Source of the DNA: a virus
Lineage: Duplodnaviria > Caudoviricetes
DNA length: 64,000 nt
Direction: 5' to 3' (one strand)
Virus record (IMG/VR): IMGVR_UViG_3300025126_000016
Coordinates: 10,264-74,263 of that record
The position numbers and the translations under genes are program-made. The notes under the pieces are model-generated. The model made no database searches. It had not been told where the DNA came from and saw only the letters and a program-made list of their open reading frames with translations. This document shows, piece by piece, positions 45,075-53,495 of the stretch (position 1 is its first letter; every line of letters begins with the position of its first letter).

Positions 45075-45281
45075 CGAGCCTTTTCCGAGGGGCTGGGAGT
45101 GCCAGAGTAGCCTTGTAGACCAGAGGAGTAGTTATCCTGCTGCCGAATAGGTTCTGGTTCGTTGGTTGTAGACCGACATTGGAATGACGAGTAGAGCCTA
45201 AGAGCCTAACTAGCTTGGAAGCGAACTCGGGGTTCAGTGCCGCCAACGAGGTAAGACTCCCAGTCACGCGGAAAGGGCTTG
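45075..45281 (+). ncRNA. Unassigned structured RNA (about 210 nt) between tRNA-Trp and tRNA-His
   Basis: Closing stems GAGCCTTTTCCG/CGGAAAGGGCTT and GGCTGGGAGT/ACTCCCAGTC; inner helices ACCAGA/TCTGGT and TCGTTGG/CCAACGA; no useful ORF. Confidence 0.65.
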
Positions 45282-45291
45282 ATCACACGGT

Positions 45292-45363
45292 GTTGTTGGT
45301 GTTAATGGTAGCATGGCCGGATGTGACCCGGCAGGTGAGGGTTCGATTCCCCACTTCAACCCA
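45292..45363 (+). tRNA. trnH: tRNA-His(GTG), G-1:C73 type, imperfect acceptor
   Basis: GCCGG-ATGTGAC-CCGGC anticodon arm, T-loop TTCGATT, C73-CCA. Confidence 0.78.
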
Positions 45364-45386
45364 ATCTTTAATCTGAAAGGAATCCT

Positions 45387-45545
45387 ATGAAACACGTTCT
45401 GATCCTGAACCCGAGTGAGGACGGGAGCTACGTCGGGGAGGCTAAGGTGCCTCTGGATAATCCCGCAGGTTTCAATGTCTCTCTGAAAGTGTGCAAGGCC
45501 ACGAAGAAAGCTATCGTGGTGTTAGACGAGAAGGTGAACCGGTGA
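45387..45545 (+). CDS. Hypothetical protein (52 aa)
   Basis: MKHVLILNPSEDG..., AAAGGA RBS. Confidence 0.65.
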   Translation: MKHVLILNPSEDGSYVGEAKVPLDNPAGFNVSLKVCKATKKAIVVLDEKVNR

Positions 45546-45818
45546 TGTTCATAATCGCAACTGACGATCTTGAGTATTACATCCCTTGGTCCCGCAAAAC
45601 TTGTGGACACACAGCCGTAGATGTGGCAAAGAAAGGTAGCCGGGGGCAACGTGCCTCGGCTATTTGATAATGAGCTTAGTGCAAAACTGGCTCTAGGCAA
45701 GTGGCTGTCTGGGCCACTCAGAGGAGTCTTTGAGGAAGACTACGGATGGTACCCTGAATCTGACACTGACCCCAATCGAAAGATAGAATGGGAGGGCAAG
45801 CTTGCCCCCGAGAAATAG
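45545..45818 (+). pseudogene. Small phage protein interrupted by two apparent +1 indels
   Basis: MFIIATDDL / SYYIPWSRKTCGHT / GGNVPRLFDNELSAKLALGKWLSG lie in three successive frames. Confidence 0.4.
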
Positions 45819-45842
45819 AACTTAATCTAATCTAAAGGAAAT

Positions 45843-47225
45843 ATGATGATTGCCCTTCGTGACTATCAGGTAAACGACCTCGCTGTTGCGATCAAGAATC
45901 CCCGCAGCTTTAACTTCTCTGAACCAGGCACTGGTAAGACGCCAGTGTTCTGTGCCCTGTCGTGGTACTACTGGACGAAGAAGGGCAAGAAGACTATCAT
46001 CGTTCAGCCCAACCACCTTCGTAACAAGAATCGTCTCGAAGTTATTCGCTTCTCGGGATTCGAACCCCATGAAGTGAAAGTGATTGAGCGTCTGGACGAG
46101 ACCCTCGGACCTCGCAAGCGCAAGAGTGTGCCCGAGGCCAACCAACAGACTGGTTACATCAACTACATCGACGATCCTGAAATCAAAGTGTTCGTCGTTG
46201 GCTTTACGTTCCTGAAAAACTATTGGAAAGAGCTAGTAGAGAAGCACCCCGAGATTGATCTGGTAGTGATCGACGAAGGCCATGAAGGCTACAAGACCTA
46301 CAACAGTAAGGCCAGCCGTGAACTCTATGCTCTCATGGATAGGACGGAAGGCTTTTACTATTGCACGGGTACGCCTATTGATGGTCGCCTCGACTCTTGC
46401 TTCACTGCTATCCATATTGTCTGCCCTCAATACTACGGCAGCTACCTTGGATTCAGGGCGCAGCATGCTGGTTTCATCGACGACTACGACAAGGTGGTGT
46501 TCTGGCAGAACGAGGAGAAAGTGACAGAAATCTTCAATCGTCACGGTGTCATTCATACGTGGGAAGAAGTCCACGGTGAAGAGAAGCGCCATGTTGAAAT
46601 CGTGGACGACATCAAGATGAATGAGAAGATGCTGGAAGCTTATACCGAGTTCGAAGAAATGGCCTGTGTCGAGCTTGAGGGTATGTTCCTCGACGGAAGT
46701 AATCCCGGAGTTGCAACGATGCGAGCGAGGCAGATCATTAACTGCCCACATATCTTTGACATCAAGGAACGCACAGCCAAGCATGATTACCTTGAAGGGT
46801 TGGCTCAGCCGGGTATGGTTGTGTTCGGGTCGATGCCTGAGGAAGTTGAAGCCAACGCCGAAATCCTGCGAGAGCTAGGATTGTCGGTCGGGGTAATGCA
46901 CGGAGGGGTGAGCAATGCCAAGCGCGTAGAGATTGATCGTGCCTACGTAGCTGGTGAGCTTGACGTTATCTGTGCAACCCCGGCCGTGGCCGCGACTGGT
47001 TGGAACTGGCAGCGGACCAAGATCATCGTGTTCACTTCGCTGTCCTACAGCGACTCCAATGTTGAACAGGCTATCAAGCGAGGAGAGCGAGAGGCTCGGG
47101 ATGAACATCTGCAAGTCTACTTCCTTGAGTATCTAAAGAGTGTGGACCAGAAGGTCCGTAAGATCGTGGTGAAGAAAGAAAACCTGAGCCATACGGTTAT
47201 GGAAAATGTGAAAGGATTGAGCTAA
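45843..47225 (+). CDS. SF2 (SNF2-like) DNA helicase
   Basis: EPGTGKT Walker A, VIDEGH, TGTP, ATGWNWQ and EQAIKRGER motifs. Confidence 0.92.
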   Translation: MMIALRDYQVNDLAVAIKNPRSFNFSEPGTGKTPVFCALSWYYWTKKGKKTIIVQPNHLRNKNRLEVIRFSGFEPHEVKVIERLDETLGPRKRKSVPEANQQTGYINYIDDPEIKVFVVGFTFLKNYWKELVEKHPEIDLVVIDEGHEGYKTYNSKASRELYALMDRTEGFYYCTGTPIDGRLDSCFTAIHIVCPQYYGSYLGFRAQHAGFIDDYDKVVFWQNEEKVTEIFNRHGVIHTWEEVHGEEKRHVEIVDDIKMNEKMLEAYTEFEEMACVELEGMFLDGSNPGVATMRARQIINCPHIFDIKERTAKHDYLEGLAQPGMVVFGSMPEEVEANAEILRELGLSVGVMHGGVSNAKRVEIDRAYVAGELDVICATPAVAATGWNWQRTKIIVFTSLSYSDSNVEQAIKRGEREARDEHLQVYFLEYLKSVDQKVRKIVVKKENLSHTVMENVKGLS

Positions 47226-48436
47226 TGCTACCTGATTGGTTGATCACTCTGGTTCAGGAGAATGAGTTCGCGCAGGGGGCGTTGATAGCGGCCCCTGCTA
47301 CGGCTCTGACGTATACTGCTCGGAATGTTCCATTGAAAATTTGGGATAGTATGAGGCACTTTGTGAGTTACGATCTTACGTTTCGTTCTGATAAGGACGA
47401 ATATTATTACGTGAACAAGATCGTTACGGAGCAAATGATTTCTACTAAGTGGTCTCGTGAGTTCACCTACGAGAACATTTCAATGTGGGATGAGGCCGAA
47501 GCGAAGGACAAGGAAATCTATTCCGGTATGGCCATCGGTTACGGTCGCCATTGGGGTAAGTATAAAGGCAAGCCTGTCATTGTCCACCGGCACATGGAAG
47601 AGAGTAGTGCCACTGAGGTCTTCAAGGAACTACTGACGGTCACGTTCCTTGGCTTTGGGACCAAGGGTGTTGCACAATTTTGTGATGAGGTAGCTGATAC
47701 GATGAGAAAAGAGAGCCAGGAACAGAGGCTTAAGCTGCGACGGAACGGTCGTAACTGCTGGTCTTCGCATGGGTATTTGCCTCTGCGACCGATGAGTAGC
47801 GTGTTCACTAGTGGTAATCTGAAAGAAAACTTGAGTGAGGCTATTCAAAACTTTCATGATAGCGAAGCAGAGTATCGTGAGAAGGGTATCCCATACCACT
47901 TGGGCATGTTGCTCAAGGGACCACCGGGTACTGGCAAGACCAGTCTGATCCATGCGCTCGCCTCGAAGCTCAAGAGAGATATCCTGTTCCTTAACCTGTC
48001 GGGGGTTGAGGACGAGAACGAACTGATGGAGCTTATTGGGTGCCGTTGTGACTGGCACAAGAGCATCCTCGTGATCGAAGACATCGACGCGGTGAAAGCT
48101 AACGTGGCAAGAGACTCGGACTCAGATGGTATCTCCCTGTCTACTCTGCTCAATGTGCTGGACGGTTTCCTCACCCCTCATGGTCTGGTCACGATTGCGA
48201 CCACGAACCATCCTGAGAAACTGGACCCGGCTCTGATCCGCAGCGGTCGATTTGACATTGTGGCAGAAATGGGGCCGCTTGATTGGGCAGAGGCGGAGCA
48301 AATGGCAAGCCTGCTGATGGGTGAAAAGAACCATTTTGGTGAGTTTCGTGAAATCTATACACCAAAAGTAGGTGCTGAGCTACGGGAAGCGATGTTGAAC
48401 CGGTCTCTTTCGAGGCTTTTTCTCTCTAAGTTGTAA
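47225..48436 (+). CDS. BCS1-like AAA+ ATPase
   Basis: N-terminal TM segment, RPMSSVF, YREKGIPYHLGMLLKGPPGTGKTS, IEDID, TTNHPEKLDPALIRSGRFD. Confidence 0.88.
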   Translation: MLPDWLITLVQENEFAQGALIAAPATALTYTARNVPLKIWDSMRHFVSYDLTFRSDKDEYYYVNKIVTEQMISTKWSREFTYENISMWDEAEAKDKEIYSGMAIGYGRHWGKYKGKPVIVHRHMEESSATEVFKELLTVTFLGFGTKGVAQFCDEVADTMRKESQEQRLKLRRNGRNCWSSHGYLPLRPMSSVFTSGNLKENLSEAIQNFHDSEAEYREKGIPYHLGMLLKGPPGTGKTSLIHALASKLKRDILFLNLSGVEDENELMELIGCRCDWHKSILVIEDIDAVKANVARDSDSDGISLSTLLNVLDGFLTPHGLVTIATTNHPEKLDPALIRSGRFDIVAEMGPLDWAEAEQMASLLMGEKNHFGEFREIYTPKVGAELREAMLNRSLSRLFLSKL

Positions 48437-48484
48437 ACTTGTTATATATTTTTAGATTCCCGAGAGATTCTAAAATATATAATA
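48427..48484 (+). repeat. AT-rich 58-bp element, copy 3
   Basis: TAAGTTGTAAACTTGTTATATATTTTTAGA...TCTAAAATATATAATA with near-perfect internal inverted repeat. Confidence 0.8.
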
Positions 48485-48522
48485 CACTATAAGGATAGTT
48501 ACAAACGTAACCAAGTTAACTC

Positions 48523-48551
48523 TTGACAAGACCTAGAGCCAAACTCTATAG
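48523..48551 (+). promoter_or_regulatory. Sigma70-like promoter
   Basis: TTGACA-17 nt-CTATAG. Confidence 0.6.
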
Positions 48552-48574
48552 GCCCTGACCCGAAAGGAAATCTG

Positions 48575-49186
48575 ATGTTGAATCTGAATACCTATTGTAC
48601 CCACAGCTACCATGAGTTGCCGAACGTGAACCTGTTCGACTTCGATGGAGTGCTGGCGTATCCTCTAGAGGAAGGGCTTTTCCAGCTACCTCTTGGGCCT
48701 CACGATGTTGAGTTCGTGTCGAAGATGGCTTACAGGCACGACCTGAACCTGAGCCGTGAGAGCTTCAAGTCCTCTCGCTACATCTGCATCCAGGCTGCCT
48801 TGTATGACGCAGGCATCCCCATCAAGCGGGGGCCAGCCTTCCAACATATTCTGGAAGGTCCATATCATATCATCACCGCTCGGAGCGATCGGTTCGCAGT
48901 GGCTCGTGTGCAGGAGTTCATCGAAAACAACATGCACAGCCATGAGCGTCCGATCAAGGTCATGCATGTGGACCACCTCCCCAAGGGACAAATGATTCAG
49001 ATGCTGCTTGACAGACATCAGGACAATCGCTATTCATTCTACGACGACAGGGAGAAGCACGTTGTTTCCGCTCGGTCGTTAAAAAATCCTCGTCTGGATG
49101 TTTATCATATTGACAACGATATGACTGACGTCTATGTAGAGGCTTCGAAATTCTATAACGAAACAATCTTGGAACTAGCTCTGTGA
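48575..49186 (+). CDS. HAD-superfamily phosphatase
   Basis: LFDFDGVL motif I, IITAR motif II, FYDD motif IV. Confidence 0.8.
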   Translation: MLNLNTYCTHSYHELPNVNLFDFDGVLAYPLEEGLFQLPLGPHDVEFVSKMAYRHDLNLSRESFKSSRYICIQAALYDAGIPIKRGPAFQHILEGPYHIITARSDRFAVARVQEFIENNMHSHERPIKVMHVDHLPKGQMIQMLLDRHQDNRYSFYDDREKHVVSARSLKNPRLDVYHIDNDMTDVYVEASKFYNETILELAL

Positions 49187-49608
49187 CAAAAACTGGCCGT
49201 GTGATAATTGTCGAACGATACACACGCGAAATCATTACAACCAATCCTGATGTCCTCTTCGTCTTCGGAGATAACCTAGCTCGTGTGGGCTACGGTGGTC
49301 AGGCTCGGGAAGCCAGAGGTTGCAAGAACGCTGTGGGGATACCTACCAAGGTGTCTCCTATGCAAAAGATTACGGACGAACTCGTCCAACTGAATCCTGC
49401 TAGGTACTGTGTGCCTGTCAGGGAAGCCTTCGACAAGCTTCATGCTCACCTGAAAGAGGGCAAGCATGTGGTCTGGCCGAAGGACGGAGTGGGAACAGGC
49501 TTAGCTGCCCTACCTACTCATGCACCGAGGTTCCTTGAGGGCATTGAGGCTCACAAGGAACGGTTGTTCAACCAAGCAAGTATGGTTGTGCGGCATAACT
49601 TCAACTAA
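49183..49608 (+). CDS. Conserved phage protein (FVFGDN...GGQA family)
   Basis: LFVFGDNLARVGYGGQAREARG...GIPTK and GVGTGLA motifs. Confidence 0.75.
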   Translation: MTKTGRVIIVERYTREIITTNPDVLFVFGDNLARVGYGGQAREARGCKNAVGIPTKVSPMQKITDELVQLNPARYCVPVREAFDKLHAHLKEGKHVVWPKDGVGTGLAALPTHAPRFLEGIEAHKERLFNQASMVVRHNFN

Positions 49609-49629
49609 TCGAATAAGGAAATATCTACT

Positions 49630-50319
49630 ATGAGCAATCAGATTGACGACGCCATCGCCGCAGCCGAAGCCAAGGCAGCAGAAACCACCGGTACTGACGT
49701 AGCTACTACGCAGTCGGGTGGAGAGCTTGCTCAGGCCCCACAGGGTGGTGCACTCGATATGTCGCTCACGGGCTTCCTCAAGTCGGGTGGTCTTAGCCCT
49801 GACAAGTGGGTGCAAGTGAAGGACACGGGCTTCCGTCTCGACAAGAACGAGAAGGCGCTCATCGAAGAGGTCGAAGTTGATATCGACTTCATCAACGTCA
49901 AGCTGTTCCAGGGTCTGCGTATCGCACTCCTCGGCAACAAGTACGAGTACATCAAGACCTATGATGGCCGTACCGAAGCAAAGACTGGTCAGGCTTGGGG
50001 CGCAGCCGTAGCGGAAGCTAACGGTCGCAGCATCAGCCCGCAGAACCCGTATCGTGGTGCTGACATCCTTATGGTCAACACCTCGGAGGTTACTCAGGGT
50101 AAGAGCAAGATTGAAGCAGGCACGAAGCTCGGTTACACGACTTCGATCACCGGCTTTGCTCCTTTCCAGAGCTTCCTCGCTGGCCTCATTGAGGCAGGCA
50201 AGGTCACGGTAGGTGCCGACGGTCAGACCCTTAGCGGAACCGTACGTACCAAGGTCACGCATGAAGCCAAGAGCAATGCTGACTACGAGTGGGGTATTCT
50301 GAACTTCGAAGAAGCGTAA
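49630..50319 (+). CDS. Putative single-stranded DNA-binding protein
   Basis: 229 aa, strong RBS, beta-rich core, followed by hairpin; in replication block; function inferred. Confidence 0.4.
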   Translation: MSNQIDDAIAAAEAKAAETTGTDVATTQSGGELAQAPQGGALDMSLTGFLKSGGLSPDKWVQVKDTGFRLDKNEKALIEEVEVDIDFINVKLFQGLRIALLGNKYEYIKTYDGRTEAKTGQAWGAAVAEANGRSISPQNPYRGADILMVNTSEVTQGKSKIEAGTKLGYTTSITGFAPFQSFLAGLIEAGKVTVGADGQTLSGTVRTKVTHEAKSNADYEWGILNFEEA

Positions 50320-50408
50320 TCACCCCTTATCACCGCTTGACTGAGGGGAGCCTTGAGGTTTATACCTTGGGGTTCCCCCTCAACCATTTTACGATAAGGA
50401 AAATATCA

Positions 50409-52229
50409 ATGACAATTACCTCGGTCCCTAGCCGTGATACCCTGCTGACCCCCTTCGGAAAAGAAACTCTCTCGGACCGATACCTTCTAAAAGACGAAAC
50501 ATATCAAGACCTTTTTGTACGTGTTGCCGAAGCATACGGTGACGATGAAGCTCACTCACAGCGCATGTACGACTACATGAGCCAACTGTGGTTCATGCCA
50601 GCTACTCCTGTGCTGTCCAATGGAGGAACAACTCGTGGACTTCCTATCAGTTGTTATCTTAACAGCGTTGACGATTCTCTTGACGGAATTGTTAATACGT
50701 GGAACGAGAACGTCTGGCTGGCCTCGCGTGGTGGCGGGATCGGTACTTACTGGGGCAATGTGCGTGGTATTGGTGAACCCGTGGGGCTTAACGGCACTAC
50801 AAGCGGTATCATTCCCTTCATCAATGTTATGGATAGCCTCACTCTGGCTATTAGTCAGGGGTCTCTTCGCAGAGGGTCCGCTGCTGTTTACATCGACGTC
50901 AGCCACCCCGAAATCGAAGAGTTCCTTGAAATCCGCAAGCCTTCCGGTGACTTCAATCGAAAGAGCCTTAACCTCCACCACGGAGTCCTCATCACCGACG
51001 AGTTCATGAGAGCGGTCAAGGCAGGAGAGAAGTTTCAGCTTCGTTCTCCCAAGACTAACGAGGTACGTGGAGAGGTAGATGCCCGTTCGCTGTTCCAGAA
51101 ACTGGTCGAGACTCGTCTCGCAACTGGGGAACCTTACATGGTGTTCGTGGATCATGTTAATAAGGCGATGCCTCTGCACCACCGCAAGCTAGGTCTCAAG
51201 GTCACAACCTCGAACCTCTGTGCCGAGATTACGTTGCCTACTGGCTTCGACCATTTGGGTAATGATCGCACTGCGGTGTGCTGTCTTTCCTCGCTGAATT
51301 TGGAGACATGGGATGAGTGGAAAGACAATGGCGATTTCATTGCCGATGTCATGCGGTTTCTGGACAACGTTCTGCAAGACTATATCGACCGTGCCCCTGA
51401 TAGCATGGCTCGTGCCAAGTATGCTGCTATGCGTGAGCGTAGCGTTGGCCTTGGTGTTATGGGATTCCACAGTTACCTACAGTCCAAAAAGATCGCTTTC
51501 GAAGGTCCTATGGCGAAAGCTCTCAACCTTCGTTTCTTCACTCATATCCAGGAGCAAGTAAATAACGCCAGCAAATGCCTTGCAGACGAAAGAGGGCCTT
51601 GTCCCGACGCAGCTGACGCAGGGGAACATGAGCGTTTCTCCTGCAAAACTTCTGTCGCGCCAACTGCTTCCATTAGCATCATCGCTGGAGGAACGTCAGC
51701 ATGCATTGAACCCATCCCGGCAAACATCTACACCCACAAAACCCTGAGTGGCAGTCATGTTGTCAAGAACAAGTATCTTGATGAAGTCATTTGGGAACAT
51801 GTAAATGGCAAGTGTGGCATCGAGGACATGCATCAGAGAGACTATGATAGTATCTGGAATAGTATCCTCGAACAAGGTGGCTCGGTTCAGCACCTTGACT
51901 GGATGGACGACCACCTAAAGAGGGTGTTCAAGACCAGCTTTGAGATTGATCAGCGTTGGATTCTTGAGTTTGCAGGAGACCGTGCCCCGATGATCGATCA
52001 GGCACAGTCAATCAACCTGTTCATCCCTGCGGATATTGATAAGTGGGACCTTACTATGCTGCACTATGATGCATGGCGTCGAGGTATCAAGAGCCTCTAC
52101 TACCTACGGTCCAAGTCCATTCAACGCGCAGGCTTTGCAGGTGGTGTGGATTCTGATAACAAGATGGAACGAGAACACGTATACGTCGAGTCCGTCACTA
52201 ACTACGAGGAGTGTTTGGCATGTCAATAA
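50409..52229 (+). CDS. nrdA: Ribonucleotide reductase class Ia alpha subunit
   Basis: FMPATPVL, PISCYL, RRGS, SNLCAEI, VCCLSSLNL, APTASISII, KSLYYLRS, C-terminal ECLACQ. Confidence 0.97.
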   Translation: MTITSVPSRDTLLTPFGKETLSDRYLLKDETYQDLFVRVAEAYGDDEAHSQRMYDYMSQLWFMPATPVLSNGGTTRGLPISCYLNSVDDSLDGIVNTWNENVWLASRGGGIGTYWGNVRGIGEPVGLNGTTSGIIPFINVMDSLTLAISQGSLRRGSAAVYIDVSHPEIEEFLEIRKPSGDFNRKSLNLHHGVLITDEFMRAVKAGEKFQLRSPKTNEVRGEVDARSLFQKLVETRLATGEPYMVFVDHVNKAMPLHHRKLGLKVTTSNLCAEITLPTGFDHLGNDRTAVCCLSSLNLETWDEWKDNGDFIADVMRFLDNVLQDYIDRAPDSMARAKYAAMRERSVGLGVMGFHSYLQSKKIAFEGPMAKALNLRFFTHIQEQVNNASKCLADERGPCPDAADAGEHERFSCKTSVAPTASISIIAGGTSACIEPIPANIYTHKTLSGSHVVKNKYLDEVIWEHVNGKCGIEDMHQRDYDSIWNSILEQGGSVQHLDWMDDHLKRVFKTSFEIDQRWILEFAGDRAPMIDQAQSINLFIPADIDKWDLTMLHYDAWRRGIKSLYYLRSKSIQRAGFAGGVDSDNKMEREHVYVESVTNYEECLACQ

Positions 52230-52534
52230 GGATCATCCAGAACCAGGTCGAGTGTCTGAAATGTGGAGACCGTCCGTTCAGCGCCCATCGCCACGACTAC
52301 AGAGAGTGTAAGTGTGGAGCCATCGCAGTAGACGGTGGTCTTGAGTATCTACGTAGAGTAGGAGACCTGAGTAGTTTCAAGGAACTGTCTATTTCTCTTC
52401 CCGAGGAAGCAGTTGAAGCCGCAGTAGTAGAAATAGCAAAAGCAGACATAGATGGTAGAAACAGCTTTGGACTATTCTGTGCAGCAATGAGGTCTCTAAG
52501 AGATAATGGAGTTACTTTTAATGAGTCTACTTAA
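52220..52534 (+). CDS. Zinc-ribbon protein
   Basis: CLKCGD...CKCGAIAVDGG motif. Confidence 0.75.
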   Translation: MSIRIIQNQVECLKCGDRPFSAHRHDYRECKCGAIAVDGGLEYLRRVGDLSSFKELSISLPEEAVEAAVVEIAKADIDGRNSFGLFCAAMRSLRDNGVTFNEST

Positions 52535-53495
52535 ACCCACCCTGACATATAAGCCGTTCTCCCACCCTTGGGCGTACGAGTATTGGAAGTTGCAGCAACA
52601 GGTTCACTGGATGCCAGAGGAAGTGCCTCTAGGACCAGACATTGCTGACTGGAATGGCAAGCTCACGCCCGAGGAAAAGAACCTACTGACGCAAATCTTT
52701 AGGTTCTTCACTCAGGCTGATGTCGAAGTCCAGGATTGCTACCACGATAAGTACGGTCGCGTGTTCAAGCCTACCGAAGTCAAGATGATGCTGACTGCGT
52801 TCTCGAATATGGAGACGATTCATATCGCAGCGTACTCTCACCTTCTCGACACCATCGGCATGGATGAGAGCGAGTATAGTGCGTTCCTTGAGTATGATGC
52901 CATGCGAGACAAGCACGACTACATGAGTCAGTTTGGTGTCGACAACGACGAGGACATTGCATGCACCCTAGCCATGTTCGGTGGCTTCACGGAAGGTGTG
53001 CAGTTGTTCGCTTCGTTTGCTATGTTGATGAACTTCCCACGCTTCAACAAGATGAAGGGCATGGGACAGATCGTAAGCTGGTCTGTGCGTGATGAGTCTC
53101 TCCACTGTGAGGGTATCATCCGTCTCTTCCATGAGTTCTGCAGGGAGAGGCAGTGCCTGACCCCGCTGGTGAAGGAACGTATCATGGCCCAAGCAGAGAA
53201 GGTCATCATGCTTGAGGATAACTTCATCGACTTGGCCTTTGAAATGGGACCTATTCATGGCATGACTCCGCAAGGGATCAAGCGGTACATCCGCTACATC
53301 ATGGACTGGCGCTTGAGGCAGCTTAAGCTTGAACCCATCTATAACATCGAAGAACACCCACTACCGTGGCTGTCTCCGCTGTTGAACGGCGTAGAACATG
53401 CTAACTTCTTCGAGCAGAGGGCAACCGAATACTCGAAGGGAGCCACGCGTGGCAGCTGGCAGAATGTGTGGAGTAGATTTGATGCGTATAATTGA
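52521..53495 (+). CDS. nrdB: Ribonucleotide reductase class Ia beta subunit
   Basis: HWMPEE, FFTQAD, ETIHIAAY, EGVQLF, RDESLH, NFFEQRATEY. Confidence 0.97.
   Translation: MSLLKPTLTYKPFSHPWAYEYWKLQQQVHWMPEEVPLGPDIADWNGKLTPEEKNLLTQIFRFFTQADVEVQDCYHDKYGRVFKPTEVKMMLTAFSNMETIHIAAYSHLLDTIGMDESEYSAFLEYDAMRDKHDYMSQFGVDNDEDIACTLAMFGGFTEGVQLFASFAMLMNFPRFNKMKGMGQIVSWSVRDESLHCEGIIRLFHEFCRERQCLTPLVKERIMAQAEKVIMLEDNFIDLAFEMGPIHGMTPQGIKRYIRYIMDWRLRQLKLEPIYNIEEHPLPWLSPLLNGVEHANFFEQRATEYSKGATRGSWQNVWSRFDAYN

Noticed and set aside
45075-45281. 6S RNA, YrlA Y RNA, RNase P, group I intron or hammerhead identity for the structured RNA
   Set aside because: Multi-branched rather than rod-like, and lacks the T-arm, RNase P P4 and CUGAUGA signatures; left unassigned
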